A stretch of 64,000 nucleotides of DNA, taken from the NCBI GenBank assembly GCA_051879615.1, contig JBJEMI010000002.1, positions 3,524 through 67,523 of the forward strand, read 5' to 3'. The notes beneath the pieces are model-generated. The model did no database searches. It worked only from the letters and a program-made list of their open reading frames with translations, and was not told where the DNA came from. The number at the start of each line of letters is the position of its first letter. Positions within the stretch are counted from its first letter, which is position 1. This document shows, in pieces, positions 9,445 through 19,443 of the stretch. The DNA comes from Lachnospiraceae bacterium (GTDB taxonomy: Bacteria > Bacillota > Clostridia > Lachnospirales > Lachnospiraceae). A program made the position numbers and the translations under genes.

Positions 9445-9681
9445 ATGAGAAGAATGGATTTCAGAATGGAACGGCCGGGACTGGTAAGCCCCGGAGATCA
9501 TGTGATTCTTAAGGAGGATGTGGCAAATACGATGGCCGGCATCATGTACTATTATACGATCAGAGAAGCCATTGCCATGTCGAATAATACAAAGCAGCGT
9601 CTGTCCTGCCTGGAGGGAACAGTGACAGAAGTGATTGAAGAAGAGGGGATTTTCACAGTCTGGGTGGAAATTGAAGAATAA
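9445..9681 (+). CDS. hypothetical small protein (78 aa), likely co-transcribed with cobT
   Basis: Strong RBS GGAGGTGCAGC before the ATG. Upstream promoter-like GTGACA-N18-TAGAAT with TG extension (9392-9421). I recognise no family. Confidence 0.5.
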   Translation: MRRMDFRMERPGLVSPGDHVILKEDVANTMAGIMYYYTIREAIAMSNNTKQRLSCLEGTVTEVIEEEGIFTVWVEIEE

Positions 9682-9704
9682 GTACGGAAAAGAGGAGTGA
9701 ACGG

Positions 9705-10766
9705 ATGTTGAAATTAGAAGAAGTTCTGCAAAATATCGTGCCGACGGAAGATGCGATGGAAGAAGCAGCATGGAAACACTGGGATTCTCTGGCGAAACCG
9801 CTTCGCGGAATGGGAATGCTGGAGGAAATGGTTGTCCGTCTTGCACGGATTTACGGAACGGATAAGCCGATGATACATAAAAAGGCAGTGGTTGTCATGG
9901 GCGCGGATAACGGTGTTGTGGAAGAGGGGGTTACACAGACCGGAAGCGAGGTCACTGCCTGTGTGCTGGAAAATATGGGAGAAGGAAAATCTTCCGTGTG
10001 TCTGATGGCGAAGGTAAATGATGCGGAGGTATTTCCGGTCAATATCGGAATGCTGACAGATGCGAAACATCCCCGGATTTTAAATGTGCCTGTCAGGTAT
10101 GGTACAGCCAATATGGCAAAGGGGCCGGCCATGACAAGAGAAGAGGCAGTCCGTGCCATGGAGCAGGGGATAGCGGTAGTCGGAAACCTGAAGGAACAGG
10201 GCTATGATCTGTTTGTGACAGGAGAAATGGGGATCGGGAATACGACTTCCAGCTCTGCATGTACGGCAGTGATGCTTGACACGGAGGTGGAGCTGGTGAC
10301 CGGCCGCGGTGCGGGACTGTCCAATGAAGGGCTTCAGAGAAAGATTGAAGTGATCAAAAGAGCGATTGCGCTGAACAGACCGGATCGGAATGATCCGCTG
10401 GATGTGGTAAGTAAGGTCGGAGGCCTGGATATTGCAGGGCTTATGGGATGCTATCTTGGAGCAGCTTATTATCAGGTGCCGATTCTGATCGACGGACTGA
10501 TCTCTTCCATTGCGGCCTATATGGCGTACCGGCTCTGTCCGGCTGCAAAGGACTATATGGTAGCGACTCATGTTTCCGCAGAGCCGGCAGGAAAGATGGT
10601 CATGGATGCACTCGGAATGGAGGCACCGATCCACGCGGGACTCCATCTGGGAGAAGGCACAGGCGCAGTTACGGCACTGAGCCTGTATGAATATGCATTC
10701 AGAATTTATTATGGCATGCCAACATTTCAGGAAACGGCCATCGAGGAATATCAGCCGTTTTCTTAG
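9705..10766 (+). CDS. cobT: nicotinate-nucleotide--dimethylbenzimidazole phosphoribosyltransferase
   Basis: RBS AGAGGAG. CobT motifs GADNGV and GEMGIGNTT. About 353 aa. Confidence 0.9.
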   Translation: MLKLEEVLQNIVPTEDAMEEAAWKHWDSLAKPLRGMGMLEEMVVRLARIYGTDKPMIHKKAVVVMGADNGVVEEGVTQTGSEVTACVLENMGEGKSSVCLMAKVNDAEVFPVNIGMLTDAKHPRILNVPVRYGTANMAKGPAMTREEAVRAMEQGIAVVGNLKEQGYDLFVTGEMGIGNTTSSSACTAVMLDTEVELVTGRGAGLSNEGLQRKIEVIKRAIALNRPDRNDPLDVVSKVGGLDIAGLMGCYLGAAYYQVPILIDGLISSIAAYMAYRLCPAAKDYMVATHVSAEPAGKMVMDALGMEAPIHAGLHLGEGTGAVTALSLYEYAFRIYYGMPTFQETAIEEYQPFS

Positions 10767-10844
10767 GATATTTTAGAGAAAAACAGAGAACACTTTGAGA
10801 GACAGGCAGAGTCCGGTCGTCCGGCAAAGTGGAACCGACAGTTT

Positions 10845-10864
10845 TTGTACGTGATTTTGTACAA
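10845..10864 (+). promoter_or_regulatory. inverted repeat upstream of pflB (candidate transcription-factor site)
   Basis: TTGTAC-N8-GTACAA, which also reads as a direct repeat of TTTTGTAC offset by 12 nt. It lies about 20 nt upstream of a candidate promoter, TTGCTT-N18-TATGAT (10884-10913). Confidence 0.3.
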
Positions 10865-10962
10865 GGAAAATGGGTTCTTTACATTGCTTTTTTACAAAAC
10901 TATCAGTTATGATGTACGCGTGAGGCGAAAGAGATGCAATATCAGTAAAGGAGATTTTTCGA

Positions 10963-13227
10963 ATGGAAAGAATGTATGAAGGCTGGGAAGGGTTCGAAAG
11001 AGCGGCCTGGACCAATGAAGTAAATGTAAGCAGCTTTATCAGGCACAATTACACTCCATATGACGGGGATGAAAGCTTTCTTGCAGGCCCTACAAAAGAT
11101 ACCCTGGATTTATGGGAACAGGTGATGGAACTGACGAGACAGGAAAGAGAAGCGGGAGGAGTCCTGGATATGGATACCCGGGTGGTTTCCACGATCACTT
11201 CTCACGGTCCGGGTTATTTAGATAAAGAAAAGGAAAAAATCGTGGGTTTTCAGACAGATAAGCCTTTGAAACGTTCCCTGCAGCCCTATGGCGGCATCAG
11301 AATGGCAGAGAAGGCATGCGCGGACAATGGATACCGGATAGACCCGCAGATCAGTGAATTTTTTACGGTTCACAGAAAAACACATAACGCAGGCGTGTTT
11401 GATGCATACACGCCGGAGATGAGAGCGTGCCGCTCCAGCCATATTATTACCGGACTTCCGGATGCCTACGGAAGGGGCCGTATCATCGGCGATTACAGAA
11501 GGGTGGCACTCTATGGTGTGGACAGGCTGATTGAGGACAAGGAAGCACAGAAAAGTGCGGCCGGTCCGGTGATGTATTCAGATGTGATCCGTGACCGTGA
11601 AGAATTATCGGAGCAGATTCGTGCACTGCATCAGCTGAAGGAAATGGCAGCATCCTATGGTTATGACATTGCTCTGCCGGCAGTCAATACAAAAGAGGCA
11701 ATTCAGTGGATGTATTTCGGATATCTGGCAGCTGTCAAGGAGCAGAACGGTGCTGCCATGTCCCTGGGACGTACTGCTGCATTTATTGATATCTATGCAG
11801 AGAGAGATCTGAAAAAGGGTGTTTTTACCGAAGAAGAACTTCAGGAAATGGTGGATCATTTTATCATGAAGCTGCGACTTGTGAAATTTGCGCGTACACC
11901 GGAATACAATGCGCTGTTTTCCGGTGATCCACAGTGGGTAACGGAATCGATCGGCGGTATCGGAAGTGACGGACGCCATATGGTAACGAAAACATCCTTC
12001 CGCTATCTGCACACATTGACAAATCTGGGCGCTGCCCCGGAGCCGAATCTGACGGTTCTGTGGTCCGAAAAACTGCCATGGAATTTCAAACGCTACTGTG
12101 CGAAGATGTCTATCGAATCTTCTTCGATCCAGTATGAAAATGATGATCTTATGAGGGTGACCCACGGAGACGACTATGCGATCGCATGCTGTGTATCTTC
12201 TATGCGAGTCGGAAAGGAAATGCAGTTTTTCGGAGCGAGAGCGAACCTTGCAAAATGCCTGCTCTACGCGATCAACGGCGGTGTGGATGAAATTTCCGGG
12301 AAGCAGGTGGGACCGAAAACCGAACCGGTTACTTCGGAATATCTGGATTATGATGAAGTAATGAGAAAATATGATGCGATGATGAAATGGCTTGCTGAGG
12401 TTTATGTAAATACCCTGAACGTCATTCATTATATGCATGATAAATACTGTTATGAAAAAATCCAGATGGCACTTCATGACAAAAATGTTACACGCTGGTT
12501 TGCAACAGGGATTGCGGGGCTTTCCGTTGTGGCAGATTCATTATCAGCGATCAGATATGCAAAAGTAAAAACCATTCGTGACGGGAACGGTATTGTTACA
12601 GATTACGAAGTGGAAGGTGATTTTCCGAAATATGGAAACGACGATGACAGGGTGGATGAGATTGCACGTCAGGTCGTACACAGCTTCATGGAACACGTCA
12701 GAAAAAACCATACTTACAGGGGCGGAATTCCTACAACCTCCATCCTGACGATCACATCCAATGTTGTCTATGGGAAGGCTACCGGATCGACGCCGGATGG
12801 ACGTAAAAGAGGAGAAGCTTTTGCACCCGGTGCAAATCCGATGCACAGAAGAGATACTCATGGAGCAGTTGCTTCACTGGCTTCTGTTGCAAAATTACCG
12901 TTTATCGATGCACAGGACGGCATTTCCAACACATTCTCCATTATTCCGGGTGCACTCGGGAAGGAGGAACAGGGTTTCCTCGGAGAACCGGAAATCGACA
13001 GTCAGATCAACAATCTGGTAGCCCTGCTTGACGGTTACATGGAAAAAGGCGGTCACCATTTAAACGTAAATGTATTTTCGAAGGAAACATTGCTGGATGC
13101 ACAGGCTCATCCGGAAAAATATCCGCAGCTGACGGTACGCGTCAGCGGATATGCCGTAAACTTTATAAAGCTTACAAAGGAACAGCAGGATGAAGTGATT
13201 TCCAGAACATTCCACGGCAGTATTTAA
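10963..13227 (+). CDS. pflB: formate C-acetyltransferase (pyruvate formate-lyase)
   Basis: RBS AAAGGAG. N-terminus [15 protein letters not shown], active-site CC (ACCVS), glycyl-radical motif RVSGYAVNF near the C-terminus. Confidence 0.95.
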   Translation: MERMYEGWEGFERAAWTNEVNVSSFIRHNYTPYDGDESFLAGPTKDTLDLWEQVMELTRQEREAGGVLDMDTRVVSTITSHGPGYLDKEKEKIVGFQTDKPLKRSLQPYGGIRMAEKACADNGYRIDPQISEFFTVHRKTHNAGVFDAYTPEMRACRSSHIITGLPDAYGRGRIIGDYRRVALYGVDRLIEDKEAQKSAAGPVMYSDVIRDREELSEQIRALHQLKEMAASYGYDIALPAVNTKEAIQWMYFGYLAAVKEQNGAAMSLGRTAAFIDIYAERDLKKGVFTEEELQEMVDHFIMKLRLVKFARTPEYNALFSGDPQWVTESIGGIGSDGRHMVTKTSFRYLHTLTNLGAAPEPNLTVLWSEKLPWNFKRYCAKMSIESSSIQYENDDLMRVTHGDDYAIACCVSSMRVGKEMQFFGARANLAKCLLYAINGGVDEISGKQVGPKTEPVTSEYLDYDEVMRKYDAMMKWLAEVYVNTLNVIHYMHDKYCYEKIQMALHDKNVTRWFATGIAGLSVVADSLSAIRYAKVKTIRDGNGIVTDYEVEGDFPKYGNDDDRVDEIARQVVHSFMEHVRKNHTYRGGIPTTSILTITSNVVYGKATGSTPDGRKRGEAFAPGANPMHRRDTHGAVASLASVAKLPFIDAQDGISNTFSIIPGALGKEEQGFLGEPEIDSQINNLVALLDGYMEKGGHHLNVNVFSKETLLDAQAHPEKYPQLTVRVSGYAVNFIKLTKEQQDEVISRTFHGSI

Positions 13228-13230
13228 ACT

Positions 13231-14001
13231 ATGAAAAAGGGATATATTCATTCACGGGAGAGCTTCGGGACGGTAGACGGACCGGGCATCCGTTATGTGG
13301 TGTTTCTGCAGGGATGTCCGATGCGGTGTCTGTACTGCCACAATCCGGATACCTGGGAAATGCATCAGGGAACAGAGATGACAGTGGATGAGATCCTGAC
13401 TGATTACAACAGGAACCGCCCTTTTTATGAGAAGGGCGGTCTTACTGTAACAGGAGGGGAGCCGCTTTTACAGATAGATTTTCTGCTGGAACTTTTTCAA
13501 AGGGCGAAGGAACTGAAAATCCACACCTGCATCGATACTTCCGGGGTTACCTATCATCCGGGGAAAAGCCGATACAATCAGAAGCTGGATGATCTGATGA
13601 ACCATACGGATCTGGTGATGCTGGACATCAAGCATATTGACAGAAAGAAGCACCGGATACTGACCGGGCGGGATCTCCGGGACATTCTTGCATTTGCAGA
13701 ATATCTGGAGGAAAAAAACATACCGCTCTGGATCCGCCATGTGGTCGTCCCGGGAATCAGCGATGATCCCGGTGATTTAAGGGCACTTGGCAGAACGATC
13801 GGAAAGCTGAATAATTTAAAAGCACTGGATGTACTTCCGTATCATACGATGGGAGTTCAGAAGTATAAAGAACTGAATCTGGAATATCCCCTGGAGGGTG
13901 TGCCGCCTCTTTTGAAGGAACAGGCGATAGAGGCGAGAGCGTACATCCTGGAAGGGATCAGAGAGATACGTTCGGGTAAAGGAGATAAAAGAAATGTATG
14001 A
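13231..14001 (+). CDS. pflA: pyruvate formate-lyase activating enzyme (radical SAM)
   Basis: CxxxCxxC cluster GCPMRCLYCHNPD. Lies directly downstream of pflB. Confidence 0.95.
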   Translation: MKKGYIHSRESFGTVDGPGIRYVVFLQGCPMRCLYCHNPDTWEMHQGTEMTVDEILTDYNRNRPFYEKGGLTVTGGEPLLQIDFLLELFQRAKELKIHTCIDTSGVTYHPGKSRYNQKLDDLMNHTDLVMLDIKHIDRKKHRILTGRDLRDILAFAEYLEEKNIPLWIRHVVVPGISDDPGDLRALGRTIGKLNNLKALDVLPYHTMGVQKYKELNLEYPLEGVPPLLKEQAIEARAYILEGIREIRSGKGDKRNV

Positions 14002-14725
14002 TCTTGTAAATGAAGTATTTGATACCGGCTTGGGTGTGATCGAAAAACTCAGGAATACTCAGATGGAAAATCTGAAGGAAGCCGGTAAGTGGATTGCCCG
14101 GGCCCATATGGACGGACATCGCTTTTTTGTCAGCGGCAGCGGGCATTCTCACACAGTAGCGGAGGAGTTTTACGGAAGAGCTGGAGGAATTGCATTCCCG
14201 ATTCCGATCATGACAACGGAGCTGACGTTGGAGGAGCATCCGACAAAGAGCTCCTACATAGAAAGACTGCCGGGATATGCGAAGATCCTGGCAGAGCTTT
14301 ACGGTATCGGAAACGGTGATGTTGTTTTGATTGCTTCCAATTCCGGAAGGAACGCATATCCGATCGAACTGGCAGTCTGTGCGAAGGAGCTTGGGGCCCG
14401 GGTGATTGCGATCACAAATCTGAATCATTCTTCAAAGGTCACCTCCAGACATGAAAGCGGAAAGAAACTGATGGATCTGGCAGATCTGGTCATTGACAAC
14501 TGCGGTGTGATGGGGGATGCGGCGATCAGAGCCCGGGGAATGAGAACGGCAATCTGTCCGACCTCTTCTATGGCAAATGCATTCATTGTGCAGTCGATTA
14601 CCGCGGCATGTGTGCAGGAGCTTCTGGAGAACGGCGTGGAACCGCCGGTATTTGTCAGCTTAAATGCAGACGGTAATGAACAGGTGAATGATGAGTATTT
14701 TAAGAAATATACGAGAATGTACTAA
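13994..14725 (+). CDS. SIS (sugar isomerase) domain protein, UPF0309-like
   Basis: ATG overlaps the pflA 3' end by 8 nt, RBS AAAGGAG. SIS-type motifs VSGSGHSHTVAEE and LIASNSGRNA. Confidence 0.8.
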   Translation: MYDLVNEVFDTGLGVIEKLRNTQMENLKEAGKWIARAHMDGHRFFVSGSGHSHTVAEEFYGRAGGIAFPIPIMTTELTLEEHPTKSSYIERLPGYAKILAELYGIGNGDVVLIASNSGRNAYPIELAVCAKELGARVIAITNLNHSSKVTSRHESGKKLMDLADLVIDNCGVMGDAAIRARGMRTAICPTSSMANAFIVQSITAACVQELLENGVEPPVFVSLNADGNEQVNDEYFKKYTRMY

Positions 14726-14742
14726 GGAATTTTAAAAGAGAA

Positions 14743-14770
14743 AAAGTCCTCCGGTCAGGCGGACTTTTTG
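14743..14770 (+). terminator. intrinsic terminator after the SIS-domain gene
   Basis: AGTCCTCCGG / GGCGGACT imperfect stem followed by TTTTT. Confidence 0.6.
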
Positions 14771-14792
14771 AAAATCATGGAGGAAAGATCAT

Positions 14793-15356
14793 ATGAAAAT
14801 AATCCTGGCATCCGCATCACCGAGAAGAAGAGAGCTGCTTGGAAAAACGGGGCTGGAATTTGAAGTGATTCCGGCAAAGGGTGAAGAAGTGATCACAAAA
14901 ACAGTACCGGCAGAGATTGTTAAGGAACTTTCCGGACAGAAGGCGACAGAAATCGCCGGTATGCAGACGGAGGAATGTATCGTGATCGGTTCGGATACGA
15001 TCGTTGCGAAAGGCCTGAAGGTGATGGGAAAACCCAAAAGTGAAGAAGAGGCGTTTGAGATGCTTACGGAAATCTCAGGAACGACCCACGAGGTCTATAC
15101 AGGTGTTACGATCATAAAAACGGGGAAAGAAGAACAGGTCATCAGTTTTGCGGAAAAGACAAGTGTGGAAATCTTTCCGATGAGTGATCGGGAAAAGTGG
15201 GATTATATTGCCACGAAGGATCCGATGGATAAGGCGGGGGCCTACGGAATTCAGGGGGATTTTGCTGTTTTTGTCAAAGGGATCGTCGGTGATTATTACA
15301 ACGTGGTAGGTCTCCCGGTAGGCAGAGTGTATCAGGAACTGAAAACACTTTTGTAG
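14793..15356 (+). CDS. maf: Maf-like nucleoside triphosphate pyrophosphatase / septum formation protein
   Basis: RBS GGAGGAAAG. N-terminus ILASASPRRRELL and motif GAYGIQG. Confidence 0.9.
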   Translation: MKIILASASPRRRELLGKTGLEFEVIPAKGEEVITKTVPAEIVKELSGQKATEIAGMQTEECIVIGSDTIVAKGLKVMGKPKSEEEAFEMLTEISGTTHEVYTGVTIIKTGKEEQVISFAEKTSVEIFPMSDREKWDYIATKDPMDKAGAYGIQGDFAVFVKGIVGDYYNVVGLPVGRVYQELKTLL

Positions 15357-15367
15357 TTTCTGTGATA

Positions 15368-15396
15368 TTGCGAAAACAAAGTGCTTATGCTATACT
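15368..15396 (+). promoter_or_regulatory. sigma-A-type promoter candidate for pyrH
   Basis: TTGCGA, 17-nt spacer, TATACT. Confidence 0.45.
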
Positions 15397-15426
15397 ATGG
15401 ACAGTTCTAAAAGAGAGGATAAACAG

Positions 15427-16122
15427 ATGAAAAGAGTATTGTTAAAGCTGAGCGGTGAAGCGCTTGCAGGAGAGAAACATACAGGCTTTGATGAAGCAAC
15501 CTGTCTGAAAGTGGCAAATCAGGTAAAGACTCTGGTTGATGACGGAATTCAGGTGGGCGTTGTCATCGGAGGAGGAAACTTCTGGAGAGGACGTACCAGT
15601 GAAAATATTGAACGCACGAAATCCGACCAGATCGGAATGCTGGCAACAGTGATGAACTGTATCTATGTATCCGAAATGTTCAGAAGTGTCGGATTACAGA
15701 CGAAGGTTTATACACCGTTTGAATGCGGTCCGATCGCGGCATTGTTTACAAAGGATTCTGTGATGGAAAACCTGAATAAGGGAGTTGTCACGTTTTTTGC
15801 GGGAGGAACCGGTCATCCATATTTCTCCACAGATACAACAACCACTCTTCGCGCGATTGAGATCGAAGCAGATGTGATTCTTCTGGCAAAAGCGATCGAT
15901 GGAGTTTACGACAGTGATCCGAAAGTAAATCCGGAAGCCAGAAAATATGACGAGATCAATATTTCGGATGTGATCGACCAGAGACTGGGAGTCATGGATT
16001 TAAGTGCATCGATCATGGCGATGGAAAACAAAATGCCTATGATGGTATTTGGATTAAATGAAGAAAACAGTATCGTGAATACAGTCGGCGGAAAATTCAC
16101 AGGTACAAAAGTAACAGTTTAG
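15427..16122 (+). CDS. pyrH: UMP kinase
   Basis: ATG after AGAGAGGATAAACAG. Motifs KRVLLKLSGEAL and GGGNFWRG. Confidence 0.95.
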   Translation: MKRVLLKLSGEALAGEKHTGFDEATCLKVANQVKTLVDDGIQVGVVIGGGNFWRGRTSENIERTKSDQIGMLATVMNCIYVSEMFRSVGLQTKVYTPFECGPIAALFTKDSVMENLNKGVVTFFAGGTGHPYFSTDTTTTLRAIEIEADVILLAKAIDGVYDSDPKVNPEARKYDEINISDVIDQRLGVMDLSASIMAMENKMPMMVFGLNEENSIVNTVGGKFTGTKVTV

Positions 16123-16135
16123 GAGGACTTTTAAA

Positions 16136-16690
16136 ATGGATGAAAGATTACAGCGGTTTGACACAAAGATGAACAAAACTTATGCAAATCTTGAAAGTGA
16201 GTATGCGGCAATTCGTGCGGGACGTGCAAATCCGCATGTTCTGGACAAAATCAAAGTGGATTACTACGGAACACCGACTCCGCTGCAGCAGGTTGGAAAT
16301 GTATCTGTTCCGGAACCGAGAATGCTGATGATCCAGCCATGGGAAAAGAGTCTGATCAAAGCAATCGAAAAAGCGATTCTTGTATCCGATATCGGTATTA
16401 ATCCGACAAACGACGGTTCCTGTATCCGTCTGGTTTTCCCGGAACTGACCGAGGAGCGCCGTAAAGAGCTTGCAAAGGATGTTAAGAAAAAAGGGGAAGA
16501 AGCGAAGGTTGCGATCCGAAACATTCGCCGTGATGCAAATGATCAGTTCAAAAAAATGAACAAAGCTAATGAACTGACAGAAGATGATCAGAAAGAACTG
16601 GAAACTAAGATTCAGAAAATGACAGATAAATTTATCGCTGATATTGATAAAGCGGTAGAAGTAAAGACAAAAGAGATCATGACTGTATAG
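16136..16690 (+). CDS. frr: ribosome recycling factor
   Basis: RBS AGGAGG. 184 aa, with RAGRANPHVLD and LTEERRKELAK. Confidence 0.95.
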   Translation: MDERLQRFDTKMNKTYANLESEYAAIRAGRANPHVLDKIKVDYYGTPTPLQQVGNVSVPEPRMLMIQPWEKSLIKAIEKAILVSDIGINPTNDGSCIRLVFPELTEERRKELAKDVKKKGEEAKVAIRNIRRDANDQFKKMNKANELTEDDQKELETKIQKMTDKFIADIDKAVEVKTKEIMTV

Positions 16691-16784
16691 TCGGAGCTTC
16701 TTTCGTCTGTAACAGTGTGCAAAACGAGGGGGACAGGGCAGGTGAATACATCTGCTCTTCCTTTATGAATAGAGGAGAATGATC

Positions 16785-17492
16785 ATGAACATTCCACAGC
16801 ATGTAGCAATTATTTTAGATGGAAACGGACGCTGGGCAAAATCCAAGGGAATGCCCAGAAACTATGGTCACATGGAAGGGGCAAAAAATGTGGAAAGGAT
16901 CTGTGAAGAAGCATGGCGGATGGGAATTAAATACCTGACAGTCTATGCATTCTCCACAGAAAACTGGAGACGCCCGACGGACGAAGTGGAAGCGCTGATG
17001 AAGCTGCTCCGCAATTATATGAAAACCTGTTTAAAGACTGCTGCCAAAAATGATATGCGCGTGCGTGTGATCGGAGATAAAACAGGACTGGATGAGGATA
17101 TCCGGATACGTATTGAAGAACTGGAGGAAGCTTCGAAAAACAATCAGGGCCTGAATTTCCAGATCGCGATCAATTACGGAAGCAGAGATGAAATCGTACG
17201 GGGGATCCGTAAAGTGATGGAGGATGTCAGGGCAGGAAAAATTGATACGGCTTCAATGGATGAAAAAATGTTTGACTCTTATCTGGATACAGCGGGAATC
17301 CCGGATCCGGATCTTCTGATCCGTACAAGCGGGGAAGAGAGACTTTCCAACTTTCTGATGTGGCAGCTTGCCTACACCGAATTTTATTTTACAGATGTTC
17401 CATGGCCTGCATTTTCAAAAGAGGATCTTGAAAAGGCCATTGCAAAGTACAACAGCAGAGACAGACGCTTCGGAGGCGTCAAGGAGGAATAA
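16785..17492 (+). CDS. uppS: isoprenyl transferase (undecaprenyl diphosphate synthase)
   Basis: ATG 7 nt after AGAGGAG (the alternative ATG at 16779 sits too close to the RBS). Motifs HVAIILDGNGRWA and ERLSNFLMWQ. Confidence 0.95.
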   Translation: MNIPQHVAIILDGNGRWAKSKGMPRNYGHMEGAKNVERICEEAWRMGIKYLTVYAFSTENWRRPTDEVEALMKLLRNYMKTCLKTAAKNDMRVRVIGDKTGLDEDIRIRIEELEEASKNNQGLNFQIAINYGSRDEIVRGIRKVMEDVRAGKIDTASMDEKMFDSYLDTAGIPDPDLLIRTSGEERLSNFLMWQLAYTEFYFTDVPWPAFSKEDLEKAIAKYNSRDRRFGGVKEE

Positions 17493-18290
17493 ATGTTTAT
17501 TACAAGACTTTTGAGCGGAATTGTACTCGTGGCAGTTCTGCTGGCGGCGGGAATTCTGGGAGGTAATGTTTTATGGGGACTTTCGTTGGTGATCTCACTG
17601 ATCGGCATCCATGAATTCTATAAAGTATTCCGTATTGAAAAATCACTTGGAATCGCAGGATATGCAATGAGTATTTTCTATTACCTTGCACTCCGGTTCT
17701 TCCCGGAATCTTTCCATGGGCTGGCTTGGCTTGCAGTATTTTTTATGATCATCGCGGGAATCTATGTACTGCAGTATCCGAAGTATACGACAGAAGAAGT
17801 CATGGCAGCGGTGTTCGGCGTGCTTTATCTGCCGATCATGTTATCTTTTGTATATCAGACCAGGATCCTGGAGGACGGTCTGTATTTAATGTGGCTCGTA
17901 TTCTTGTGCTCCTGGGGATGTGATACCTGTGCTTACTGTGCAGGTGTACTCCTGGGGAAGCATAAGCTGGCACCGGTGCTGAGTCCGAAAAAATCTGTCG
18001 AAGGTGCAGTCGGCGGTGTGGCGGGAGCAGCGATTCTCGGTGCGGTCTATGCGGCAGCAGTGGGACCGCATCTGACCATGAGCGGTGCGGTTGTGAAATT
18101 TACAGTGATCTGCGCCGTCGGTGCGGTGATTTCCCAGTTCGGTGATCTGATCGCTTCCGGTATTAAACGCCAGCACGGCATTAAAGACTACGGAAAACTG
18201 ATTCCAGGCCACGGCGGTATTTTAGATCGATTTGACAGTGTTATTTTTACAGCTCCGATGATCTATCTTCTGGCTGTAGCATTCATGTAG
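17493..18290 (+). CDS. cdsA: phosphatidate cytidylyltransferase
   Basis: Polytopic membrane protein. Signature SGIKRQHGIKDYGKLIPGHGGILDRFDS. Confidence 0.9.
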   Translation: MFITRLLSGIVLVAVLLAAGILGGNVLWGLSLVISLIGIHEFYKVFRIEKSLGIAGYAMSIFYYLALRFFPESFHGLAWLAVFFMIIAGIYVLQYPKYTTEEVMAAVFGVLYLPIMLSFVYQTRILEDGLYLMWLVFLCSWGCDTCAYCAGVLLGKHKLAPVLSPKKSVEGAVGGVAGAAILGAVYAAAVGPHLTMSGAVVKFTVICAVGAVISQFGDLIASGIKRQHGIKDYGKLIPGHGGILDRFDSVIFTAPMIYLLAVAFM

Positions 18291-18299
18291 GAGAAGTGT

Positions 18300-19442
18300 A
18301 TGAAGAAAATAGCAATTTTGGGCTCGACAGGTTCTATCGGTACGCAGACGCTGGAGGTTGCCAGATATCATAAAGATCTGGAGATCATGGGACTTGCAGC
18401 AGGAAACAATATCAGACTTTTAGAAGAACAGATCCGTGAATTTCATCCGAAGAAGGCAGCAGTCTGGATGGAAGAAAAGGCAAAAGAGCTTCGTACGGCA
18501 GTTGCGGACCTGGATGTGGAGATCGTTGCGGGAATGGATGGACTGATCGAGATCGCTGCGATGGAGGAAACGGAGATTCTCGTGACAGCCATCGTGGGAA
18601 TGATCGGTATCCGTCCTACAATTGAGGCGATCAAAAGCGGAAAAGACATTGCACTTGCAAATAAGGAGACGCTGGTTACGGCGGGACATATCATTATGCC
18701 GCTGGCAAAAGAATATCATGTAAATATTCTTCCGGTAGATTCGGAACACAGTGCGATATTTCAGTGTTTAAACGGAGAGGATCACAGAACACTGCACAAG
18801 ATCCTGTTGACTGCTTCCGGAGGTCCGTTCCGCGGAAAGAAACGGGCGGAACTGGAAAATATTCAGGTGGAGGATGCGCTGAAGCATCCGAACTGGGCGA
18901 TGGGCAGAAAGATCACGATCGATTCTTCCACACTGGTCAACAAAGGTCTGGAGGCTATGGAAGCCAAATGGCTGTTTGATGTGGATATGGATCATATACA
19001 GGTCGTTGTACAGCCGCAGAGCATCATTCATTCAGCAGTGGAATTTGATGACGGTGCGGTGATCGCACAGCTGGGGACACCGGATATGAAGCTTCCGATC
19101 CAGTATGCCTTATACTATCCGGAAAGAAAAGACCTTCCGGGTGAGAGACTGGATTTCGGAAAATTAAAACAGATCACATTTGAAGAGCCTGATATGGAAA
19201 CATTTCAGGGACTGAAGCTGGCGTTTGAAGCGGCAAAGCGCGGCGGCAGCGTGCCGACGATCTACAATGCGGCAAACGAAAAGGCGGTGGCAAAATTTTT
19301 AAACAGGGAGATCCGGTATCTGGAGATTACAGAAATTATCGGGGAGTGTATGGAGCAGATCACCAGGATCGATGCACCGAATGTAGAAGAAATACTTGCT
19401 GCAGAAAAAGAAGTTTACGAATTCATTGAGAGCAGGTGGTAA
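18300..19442 (+). CDS. dxr: 1-deoxy-D-xylulose 5-phosphate reductoisomerase
   Basis: ILGSTGSIGTQTL NADPH motif, LANKE, DSEHSAIFQC. Confidence 0.95.
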   Translation: MKKIAILGSTGSIGTQTLEVARYHKDLEIMGLAAGNNIRLLEEQIREFHPKKAAVWMEEKAKELRTAVADLDVEIVAGMDGLIEIAAMEETEILVTAIVGMIGIRPTIEAIKSGKDIALANKETLVTAGHIIMPLAKEYHVNILPVDSEHSAIFQCLNGEDHRTLHKILLTASGGPFRGKKRAELENIQVEDALKHPNWAMGRKITIDSSTLVNKGLEAMEAKWLFDVDMDHIQVVVQPQSIIHSAVEFDDGAVIAQLGTPDMKLPIQYALYYPERKDLPGERLDFGKLKQITFEEPDMETFQGLKLAFEAAKRGGSVPTIYNAANEKAVAKFLNREIRYLEITEIIGECMEQITRIDAPNVEEILAAEKEVYEFIESRW

Positions 19443-19443
19443 T

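Noticed and set aside
9244-9704. Looked for a cobalamin riboswitch upstream of cobT
   Set aside because: I could see no B12-box-like conserved core or suitably long structured leader. Only cmsearch with RF00174 can exclude it formally.
9382-9846. 154-aa - strand ORF
   Set aside because: It is antisense to the small ORF and the cobT 5' end. It would start inside cobT and has no RBS.
10767-10844. Terminator after cobT
   Set aside because: There is a T-run at about 10842, but I could not fold a convincing GC stem upstream of it.
11605-12477. 290-aa ORF on the - strand
   Set aside because: It is a shadow frame inside pflB, whose identity is unambiguous. It has no start context or recognisable motifs.
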